From an uncultured Eubacteriales bacterium (lineage in GTDB: Bacteria > Acidobacteriota > Aminicenantia > Aminicenantales > Aminicenantaceae), in NCBI GenBank assembly GCA_964410125.1, contig CAYPGQ010000009.1, forward strand, positions 13,192 to 77,191: a stretch of DNA of 64,000 nucleotides, written 5' to 3'. This document shows, one piece after another, positions 8,129 to 15,246 of the stretch (position 1 is the first letter of the stretch; the number at the start of each line of letters is the position of its first letter). The notes beneath the pieces were generated by a model. It had not been told where the DNA came from. It ran no database searches and worked only from the letters and a program-made list of their open reading frames with translations. The position numbers and the translations under genes were made by a program.

Positions 8129-10323
8129 TACCAGCGCCAGGAGTACTGGACTTTGACGAAAAACTGATTCAATTCCGAGAGAAATCTACCCTGGGTGTCC
8201 AGCCAGTTGCGGTTATATACAACAAAAATGTCTAGCAGACTGCGGTAGGTGAAACGCAGGCGGGTATTCAAGCCTAAGGATTTGGTGATGTTGTCATACT
8301 GAAGGAAACTGAGAATCTGGAAATTGGAGGTGAGGAAAAGATCAACTCGAGCTCTTACCATTTGGATATCCACATCTCCCGTGGGGAGTTTCCCCCAGTT
8401 CCTTTCTCCTTGGAAACCCAAGTTCAAGCGGTGTGAAGGCCTCCATGCGAGTTCAACCTGCAACTGGTCCATAGTTCCGTCATATAGCGTGCCGAACCAC
8501 CAACTGATTTTTGTCGTCACTTTTCGTTTGCTGGCTGATTGAAATTCCAGGCGGTAGCGCCACCAATTGTATTCGCCTGCCTTGACAAAGACATCCTCAG
8601 CAATTTCGAATTCTTCGGGAATACGTTCGTAATAAGGGACGATATTGAATTCGATCCGGTCGCCACTTTCCAAACGCCAGTTGAGCGGAGCGGTGAAAAT
8701 TCTCCACTGGTAAATCTTTCCATCTAAATCCCAAACAGCCTGTGTGAAAAATTCGTGCATCATTTGCCGTACCCAGGACCAGTTCGGTCTGGGCTTAAAG
8801 TTAAGATTGAAGTTGGCTTTGTAGATTCCTCTCCAGGGTACAAATCCCATTGAAGGGTCATAATCTTCGCCGATGCGTTTAAAATTAAAAGAGATGTCCC
8901 AGAGATCATTCGGATAATCGATGGAGAATCCGAAAGCTGTGCGGTCATTTCCCAAATCCTCCCGGTTGTTGAACAATCCCCAGACCCCGACCAGGAAGTT
9001 TTTATCACCTTGAAATTTGGATGTCTTGTACACAAAATCGCCGCCAACCTGCCAGCTGTTTTTGCGTCCAAGGGGATCTCCAGCGGTCACGATAAAACCA
9101 AATTTTGATTCAGCCCAAATATTTTGAAAACCACGTGCAGCAAAAAGATTGGTTCTTGGAGAAAGACCATCAACTGGACGCATCAATGAATTGAGAACAC
9201 CGAAGCTAAACCTGCCGGTGCTGCCAGTCGCTTTCACGGCCGCATCTATCGGAACCGTTTCTCCCTCTTCCAGCCCGATGCGCCGGCTGAAAAAAGGCAC
9301 CAAGTCTCTGCTGTGGTGGAAGCTCATTCCTAGTCCGAATTCGTAAATATCTGAACCTTCGAGGAAAAAAGTTCTTTTTTCAGGAAAAAAAAGAGGAAAC
9401 CGTGTCAGGTTGATCCGTCGAGTGTCGACTTCGGTTTCGGCAAAATCCGTGTTGATGCTCAGGAGCCCGGTGACATTTCCCCCGAAATTTTTCATGACAT
9501 CCAGACCCGGCTCGAAATTGTAAGAGACCGCTTCTTCGGGAGAATTCTGTATACGGTTCCCCAAAACATACGGCCGGACGGTCAATCCCTTTCCCTGTTG
9601 GAATGCTGGGAGTGAGGTGAGTTGGCCAGCGGTGCTTACGTTTGTGACTTTAAAGTTGCGATTGGGAGCCGCCCAGCGGTCGGTCTCCTGCAACCGTTGG
9701 ATCCGGCGTTCCACGTTAAATCCCCATTGTGTCAATCCTGTCGCGAAACGGATGGTTTTGATCGGTATGAAAATTTCTGCGCTCCAGCCTTGTTCAAACC
9801 GCCTTGCTGCTGCCTCCCAGATTCCGTCCCACTGTGCATTCTCTCCTTCTCCCTCTCTCTCGATTAAGCCGTCATACCTGGCTCCGTTCGGATTGATGGC
9901 GAAGATGTATCCGGTTCTTCCGTTTGAAAAAGTGTCCAGCACGATCTTCATATGGTCTTCACCACGCAATTGGGCATCCCGTTGCATGGTGTAGCTCACG
10001 ATCTTATCCGGATCGCTGTCGAAGCACATGATCCCGAAATAAATCGATTGGGAATCCACAACGACTCGCACTTCGGTCTTCATGCTAGGAGGAACACCCT
10101 CATCCGGTTCTACCATGGTCAAAGGTCCGATAGGTGTTGCTTTTTGCCACAGAGCCTCTGTTAAGTGGCCATCAATCTTAATTTTTTCCTGTTGGGAGAT
10201 CTGATACACCTGTGCGTCTGCTGATGGCGTTCTTGCCTTCGATTGAATCGATCCAGGCAGGCATAAAAGGAGGATGATGAAAGAGGAGGTGAAAAGGAAT
10301 CTGATGGCAGAGGCTTTATCCAT
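8128..10323 (-). CDS. CBM9-like + DUF5916 domain outer-membrane protein
   Basis: Signal peptide. The N-terminal block (IDGHLTEALWQKA...VVVDSQSIYFGIMCFD...HMKIVLDTFSNGRTGYIFAINPNG) is characteristic of the carbohydrate-binding family-9-like domain that precedes DUF5916. A long beta-rich C-terminus ends in YSWRW. Confidence 0.7.
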   Translation of the reverse strand: MDKASAIRFLFTSSFIILLLCLPGSIQSKARTPSADAQVYQISQQEKIKIDGHLTEALWQKATPIGPLTMVEPDEGVPPSMKTEVRVVVDSQSIYFGIMCFDSDPDKIVSYTMQRDAQLRGEDHMKIVLDTFSNGRTGYIFAINPNGARYDGLIEREGEGENAQWDGIWEAAARRFEQGWSAEIFIPIKTIRFATGLTQWGFNVERRIQRLQETDRWAAPNRNFKVTNVSTAGQLTSLPAFQQGKGLTVRPYVLGNRIQNSPEEAVSYNFEPGLDVMKNFGGNVTGLLSINTDFAETEVDTRRINLTRFPLFFPEKRTFFLEGSDIYEFGLGMSFHHSRDLVPFFSRRIGLEEGETVPIDAAVKATGSTGRFSFGVLNSLMRPVDGLSPRTNLFAARGFQNIWAESKFGFIVTAGDPLGRKNSWQVGGDFVYKTSKFQGDKNFLVGVWGLFNNREDLGNDRTAFGFSIDYPNDLWDISFNFKRIGEDYDPSMGFVPWRGIYKANFNLNFKPRPNWSWVRQMMHEFFTQAVWDLDGKIYQWRIFTAPLNWRLESGDRIEFNIVPYYERIPEEFEIAEDVFVKAGEYNWWRYRLEFQSASKRKVTTKISWWFGTLYDGTMDQLQVELAWRPSHRLNLGFQGERNWGKLPTGDVDIQMVRARVDLFLTSNFQILSFLQYDNITKSLGLNTRLRFTYRSLLDIFVVYNRNWLDTQGRFLSELNQFFVKVQYSWRW

Positions 10324-10467
10324 TGTTTTTCTGAATGCATTAGTATAAGAAGAATGTTATATTTAGACAAGGAGTAATAAAGATTAAAAAAGCTTCTAAG
10401 GTAAAAAATTGGCTTTAATACGAAAATAATCAGTTTGTTATAAATAACTTAAGTCGGTCCGCCCCCG

Positions 10468-11007
10468 TTATTTGGCTTGTTGGCCGATGCGGAAGTCAAA
10501 GGACGAGATCAAAAATTTGCTTGTTGACTCAAAGGTCCGTTTCAACTCTGTATATTCCTTTTCGAGTGGGGATTCCACCTTCAACAGTACGTTTTCTGGA
10601 GAAGCGGCACTGACAAGGGTTGATATTGGGCCCAGAGGTGGCATTTGCTTCGAACGGGGAAGGGTTAGAAATATGATGCTGACGGATATAACCAACACCG
10701 TGATGGCGGCGGCGAGGGATGGGATGAGGGCAAGAGTTTTGCGGCGAGGTTCTGTTCCCAGCTCTGTTCTTCCGGGAATAGCCATCATGATTTTTTTGTT
10801 CAAGGATTCGTCAAAATCCTCGAGAATGGCCTTTTTATCCTGAGTAAACTTCGGCTTGAGGGATGTGCAGAGTTCGGCATATTCCCGGCATGAATCACAT
10901 CGTCGCATGTGCCTTTGCACCTTGCGGGATGTTGGTTTTCCCGAATCCATGGCTTGAGATATTTTCCATTTATAAATGGGGCAAAACATTTTGCTTCTCC
11001 TCATCAT
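10468..11007 (-). CDS. Anti-sigma factor (zf-HC2-type, single-pass membrane)
   Basis: There is a 4-nt ATGA overlap with the upstream ECF sigma gene. It has the H-x3-C-x2-C motif (HMRRCDSCREYAELC) and one TM helix (LIPSLAAAITVLVISVSIIFL). Confidence 0.75.
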   Translation of the reverse strand: MMRRSKMFCPIYKWKISQAMDSGKPTSRKVQRHMRRCDSCREYAELCTSLKPKFTQDKKAILEDFDESLNKKIMMAIPGRTELGTEPRRKTLALIPSLAAAITVLVISVSIIFLTLPRSKQMPPLGPISTLVSAASPENVLLKVESPLEKEYTELKRTFESTSKFLISSFDFRIGQQAK

Positions 11008-11606
11008 AAGAATGAAAATTTATGGGCAGCAGGAGTGGTTCCTGCGAGTTTTCCAGAAGCGATAGGCAAATCCATCCTCTTTCCTAGATTCAGCCGGGCC
11101 CTATGCAGGAGGACCCGGACAGTGACCGGCTTTTTGTTCAGGATTTTTGCCATCTCTTTGATCGGCATGTCCTCACCATAATGCAGCCACAGGGCCTCGT
11201 ATTGCCTTTCTCCCAACTTGCTGGCCAAATGCCAGATATTTTGAGATTCCTCCTTCTGGATGACGATTTCCTGTGGATCTGGAGGCGATGGGGAAGGATC
11301 GAGAGAAGTCGATCTTTTTTTCTCCAACCGGAAGCGGCTGATGGCTTGCCGGATGGCAATCGTGTACAGCCATGTCGAGAATCTCCGTTCGGGATTAAAT
11401 CGGTCGATATTCCGGAAGGCTTTAAGAAAGGTTTCCTGGATCAGGTCTTCGATATCCTGGTCTGTTTTGAAACGGTGCCGTAGAAAATAAAACAACCGGA
11501 AGCTGTAACGGGAGACCAATTCCTCAAAAGACGACCGGGAGCCAGAAGCCACCTTAGAAGCCAGCTCTTCATCGGAAAGATGTTTGACTGCTTGGATGCT
11601 GCTCAT
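11004..11606 (-). CDS. ECF-type RNA polymerase sigma-70 family factor
   Basis: Region 2 (DLIQETFLKAFRNIDRFNPERRFSTWLYTIAIRQ) and a region 4 HTH (MPIKEMAKILNKKPVTVRVLLHRARLNL) are present. The track ORF extends to a TTG at 11657, but the ATG at 11606 has a GAAGGAG Shine-Dalgarno sequence. Confidence 0.85.
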   Translation of the reverse strand: MSSIQAVKHLSDEELASKVASGSRSSFEELVSRYSFRLFYFLRHRFKTDQDIEDLIQETFLKAFRNIDRFNPERRFSTWLYTIAIRQAISRFRLEKKRSTSLDPSPSPPDPQEIVIQKEESQNIWHLASKLGERQYEALWLHYGEDMPIKEMAKILNKKPVTVRVLLHRARLNLGKRMDLPIASGKLAGTTPAAHKFSFL

Positions 11607-11701
11607 CAACCTACTAGCTCCTTCTTCTGGGTTATTTATAAAAAATGGCGATGCCAATATTCAATTTTAAGAAAAATAAATTTTCAAATTCAACAAAAAT
11701 A

Positions 11702-11861
11702 TTCATCGACATTTTTTACCCTTTGGGCAAGCCAATCTCACTACATCGGCAGCGTTGTAGCCCATTTGTGGTGGATAACCACAGCGCCATGGGCCACCGC
11801 CTTGCCTCCATTAATACTAGGGCGGGGCGGAGGGTCTTGGCTCGTGAATAATCCAGAATCA
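11702..11861 (+). repeat. Long-form intergenic repeat element, copy A (possible structured RNA or MITE-like insert)
   Basis: It aligns end to end with 54937..55077. Both share TTCATCGRCATTTTT(T)ACCCT..GGGCRAGCCRATCTCACT.CATC...GCCCATTTG.GGT...GCCTC...GGCTC.TGAATAATCCAG. Confidence 0.7.
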
Positions 11862-11893
11862 TTATAATCCTTATTTAGGCTATTTCCTAGAGT

Positions 11894-12838
11894 CTACGGC
11901 AAGAGATTGAAATGCGAGATAAGATGGAAGGCTGAGAATTTTGTTTTGCCCATTGCGATATCGAGCAAAGCTTTGCTGGGATAGTTCATCTCCATGTAAA
12001 CTTTTTTCCCTTTCGTTGCAATCACGATATCTTGAGGGATCTTAAATTTTGTCTTCATTTCTTCCAGCTGCATGTTTGCTAAAGAAATCAGGCCTCTCAA
12101 GACGTTTTCCATATTTTGGGCATCTTCCAAGGTTTTGACCGTAAAATTCAGGCGGATGTTGAAATTTTCTTTAATTTCTGCAAGTGAGAACATAGCCGAT
12201 TCTGTCTTTTTGATGATAAAAACTTTGGATTTACCCTCTGCCAGAGAAGAAATGTCTTTCGCCAACGCAGCTAAAAAGGCATTGGAAGGAATCTCTTTAA
12301 TATACTCATTCATCGGGGAACTGGCGATATTCGCTTTTTTCCCGGCGATGACATCCAACGTCAACTTGATCGCATCCTGGTTGGGCCCAATCAAAGCGAG
12401 GTTATCACCAGCGAAGGCCCCGTATTCATCCCCACCCCAGTTGTGGATGATGAATTGGCCATGCGGGATTTCTTTGTGGGATTCTTCTGCCCCTAGAAGG
12501 CCGAGAAGATGATCGCGGTCAAAATTCCCCTGGAGGCAGGCCACTATGTTCTCTTCTCCCTTTCCAAACCCGAACACGGTGATGCCGTGGATATCCTCTT
12601 TAAGGTTGATTCTGTATTTCTTGAGGAAGTTCTCATTCTTTTTCCCCAATCCCACAACGTCTTCCTCGTTGAGCAAATGATTCCCGATTTGGGTGGCAGC
12701 AAATTTCTCCAAATCGAAGTGAATCACCCAGCTTGCCTCGGCGGGGATGATCGATTTTTGTAGGTTGGTCGCCAAAAGTTCGCAACAAAAGAACATGGCG
12801 AAAATGACAGTTACCATAATGATGACAGCTTTTTTCAT
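11894..12838 (-). CDS. Hypothetical exported protein
   Basis: 314 aa. It has an N-terminal hydrophobic signal/anchor (VIIMVTVIFAMFFCCELLA) and no motif I recognise. It is the first gene of the minus-strand run containing the ECF sigma pair. Confidence 0.6.
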   Translation of the reverse strand: MKKAVIIMVTVIFAMFFCCELLATNLQKSIIPAEASWVIHFDLEKFAATQIGNHLLNEEDVVGLGKKNENFLKKYRINLKEDIHGITVFGFGKGEENIVACLQGNFDRDHLLGLLGAEESHKEIPHGQFIIHNWGGDEYGAFAGDNLALIGPNQDAIKLTLDVIAGKKANIASSPMNEYIKEIPSNAFLAALAKDISSLAEGKSKVFIIKKTESAMFSLAEIKENFNIRLNFTVKTLEDAQNMENVLRGLISLANMQLEEMKTKFKIPQDIVIATKGKKVYMEMNYPSKALLDIAMGKTKFSAFHLISHFNLLP

Positions 12839-12910
12839 TTTTTACTCCTTTTCTGCCTGAATTTGTCTGTTCACCTTTTTATACGCTGTAACAGGGATAA
12901 CGTTACATAC

Positions 12911-13251
12911 ATGCTAGGAGCCCATTATGCTCCTTGCCCCAGGAACAGACAGGTCTGGAAATTTGTGGTCATCAAAAACCGGGAAATTTTGGATCAGATA
13001 AAAGAGGAATGCATAAAAAGAATTCTATTCCAGAGGATGTGACAAAAAAAATACTCAATATCCCCGACAACTACAAAAGGGTTTGCATAACCCCGATCGG
13101 CATCCCGTATGAGTGGCCGGAAACGCTTCCTAAAAAGGATCTCAAAGAGGCAATCGTTTACGATAAGTTTCAGGGATCGCTGATTTACTTTTTGAGCTCG
13201 AAAAGAGCTTTGGCTTTTTCTTCCCCGTTCACGATGATAGAAATCTGGTGA
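12911..13251 (+). pseudogene. Nitroreductase-family gene relic (N-terminal truncation, internal deletion and frameshift)
   Basis: The frame from ATG 12911 reads MLGAHYAPCPRNRQVWKFVVIKNREILDQIKEEC...stop at 13040. This matches the nitroreductase APS-x2-N-x-Q-P-W-x-F-x-V block. Track ORF 12934..13251, in a different frame, carries the family C-terminus (ILNIPDNYKRVCITPIGIPYEWPETLPKKDLKEAIVYDKF). The ~100 central residues are missing. Confidence 0.6.
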
Positions 13252-14264
13252 GTTCCCGGATAGTGCCTCCTGGTTGTCTGCTCCTGGAATGACTGTTTTT
13301 TGGATATGGAATAGTTTCCCGAATCATAGTTTTTTTCGGTGATTTTGAACACTTTTTTGGATGACTTGCCTTTGGCTTTGACGAAATAGACAGCATACTC
13401 CAGACGCACTTTGCTCTTTTTCTCGACAGTAATGTCAAAGGAAGAGGTCAAAACATCTCCGATGCGCAAGGCTTTTTTATCGAGCTTCAAATTTCCCACA
13501 CTGATCAAGGAAGGATCGCTGTACCCAAAAATCGCGAGAGCTCTTTTGTTTCCTGCCTTGAGCATTGTGCGGCAGGCATGTTTCACGATTTTATCAGTAT
13601 TTTCTGACTGCCCGTGCCATTTCTCGCAGATTCCCAACGCCAATTCGGGGTTGTCTTTGGAGATGTCGTTCAAGTTGTTGGCCACGCTTCGTCTTACATC
13701 TTCCGAGGTGTCGTATTTCAGTTTTTCCAAGATGGGCAAAATGAGGCTCGGGTCTTTTTTGAATTTGGGCAGCGCCATTGCCCAAGGGAGCCTCGGACGG
13801 CATCCCTCACTGGCCAAGCGCCGGACCTTTGGATTTTTATCATCGGCCCAATCCAACATGTAGGCCATGCCTTTTTCAGGTTCTTTGGCGAGGAAAGGTC
13901 GGATGGCCAGCTCGGATGAGTAGTATTTTGTGAAGTGCTTTAGGGCAGGCAAAGAAAGATCCCAATAATCCATTCCGTAAGTGGCCACAATGTTGGGAAG
14001 GGCCATCGCTTCGAAACCCTTGACATCTGGAGCTGCTTTTATAAGGATATCCAGAGCTTTTTTATAAGGCTTAGGCAGTGTGTCAAACAAACACTTTGTC
14101 GTGTGCCTCATCTTGTCCAGTAGTTCTTTTGCTTCGAAAGATTCATCGAACATGAGTCTGAGGAATCGTGGTTTGTCGAATGAAGGGTAGTGTTGTTCGA
14201 TGGCATCCGCAAATTTATTGATCGAATCCAGAGTGAAAAACATGTCTTTAAGCCGTTCAGCCAT
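13185..14264 (-). CDS. DNA alkylation repair protein (AlkC/AlkD-like HEAT-repeat family)
   Basis: 359 aa. The helical-repeat N-terminal part carries the family block DDKNPKVRRLASEGCRPRLPWA...DTSEDVRRSVANNLNDISKDNP. The extra beta-rich C-terminal domain resembles AlkC-type proteins. Confidence 0.6.
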   Translation of the reverse strand: MAERLKDMFFTLDSINKFADAIEQHYPSFDKPRFLRLMFDESFEAKELLDKMRHTTKCLFDTLPKPYKKALDILIKAAPDVKGFEAMALPNIVATYGMDYWDLSLPALKHFTKYYSSELAIRPFLAKEPEKGMAYMLDWADDKNPKVRRLASEGCRPRLPWAMALPKFKKDPSLILPILEKLKYDTSEDVRRSVANNLNDISKDNPELALGICEKWHGQSENTDKIVKHACRTMLKAGNKRALAIFGYSDPSLISVGNLKLDKKALRIGDVLTSSFDITVEKKSKVRLEYAVYFVKAKGKSSKKVFKITEKNYDSGNYSISKKQSFQEQTTRRHYPGTHQISIIVNGEEKAKALFELKK

Positions 14265-14331
14265 TGCAGTTTCCTCCCCAAATATATTAAGTTATTATGG
14301 ACGCGACTTCAAATTCAAAAGGGGATTAAAA

Positions 14332-14387
14332 GGGGAAGGTTCTATTTTTCATGTTTTTGAAAAATAGAACCGTCCCCTTTTTTTATT
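14332..14387. terminator. Very strong hairpin (14-bp perfect stem, 19 bp with one mismatch) flanked by A- and T-runs; resembles a bidirectional intrinsic terminator
   Basis: GGGGAAGGTTCTATTTTTCA-TGTTTT-TGAAAAATAGAACCGTCCCC is followed by TTTTTTTATT. It lies between divergent gene starts (14264 minus, 14542 plus), so it terminates neither annotated gene. Confidence 0.5.
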
Positions 14388-14541
14388 GAAATGACACTCA
14401 ATTTCGTTTAAAATATAATTTACTAAATTTCTGAGGTTTTTTGATAAAATAGGCAGCCTTCATCAAGGCAAAAAACAAACAATACTTTTATTTAAATCGA
14501 AAGCATTAATAATAGTTTTTTTTATAACGGAGCAGGGAATA

Positions 14542-15222
14542 ATGGAAAAAAAGATAAAACCTTTCATTCAAGTGTATTGTCCTGAATGCCAGGAGATGAT
14601 AAGTCCAGGAGAATGGACGGCCTGTCCGTATTTCGAGGGTGCAAAGCTGGATGTCAATGACACCGAAGATGCGATGAAACAAATTTTTCGCTGTCATGTC
14701 CAGTGCGATTGCAAGATTGAATACTCCTATTACGAGGGAGACAAATTAGTCTCCAAAGTCGAAGACGCGATCGAGGATCCCGAGAGTTTGCGGCGAATCT
14801 TGTCCTTGGTAACGAAAAAAAAGGATAAAGAAAAAGAAAGGAAATCGAAAAAAATCCTTCTAGTAGATGATGATAGAGATTTCTTGGAAATGCACACGGC
14901 TGTGCTGGAGCATAGGGGATATGAGGTGATTACAGCCCAGAGCTCCAATGAATGCATGGCAAAGTTGGATGAGACAAAGCCAGACATCGTTATTCTCGAC
15001 GTCATGATGGAACAGTTCGATTCCGGCTTCAAAGCCAGCGAGAAGATCAAACAGAAACACAAAAACCTTCCAGTCATGCTTTTAACATCGATCGGAGCAC
15101 AAACAAACTTGGATTTTTCATCAAACGATGATGTTCTGAAAGTTAGCGGGGCGGATGCCCTTCTGGATAAACCAGTGAGCCCCAAAGTCTTGATCGATGA
15201 GATCGAGCGGCTGACAAGCTAG
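14542..15222 (+). CDS. Response-regulator receiver protein with N-terminal Cys-rich (zinc-ribbon-like) extension and no output domain
   Basis: The N-terminus has CPEC-x12-C and C-x3-C-x-C. A Lys/Glu-rich linker follows. The REC domain reads KKILLVDDDRDFLE...DIVILDVMM...VMLLTS...DALLDKP. Confidence 0.85.
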   Translation: MEKKIKPFIQVYCPECQEMISPGEWTACPYFEGAKLDVNDTEDAMKQIFRCHVQCDCKIEYSYYEGDKLVSKVEDAIEDPESLRRILSLVTKKKDKEKERKSKKILLVDDDRDFLEMHTAVLEHRGYEVITAQSSNECMAKLDETKPDIVILDVMMEQFDSGFKASEKIKQKHKNLPVMLLTSIGAQTNLDFSSNDDVLKVSGADALLDKPVSPKVLIDEIERLTS

Positions 15223-15246
15223 AAGGCTGATAATCCACCAAGTTCC

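Noticed and set aside
11645-11867. ORFs 11645..11851 and 11580..11867 overlap repeat copy A. I considered whether the repeat might encode a small protein.
   Set aside because: The differences between copies A and B include frame-breaking indels. Substitutions are predominantly non-synonymous in all frames, which argues against a conserved coding function.
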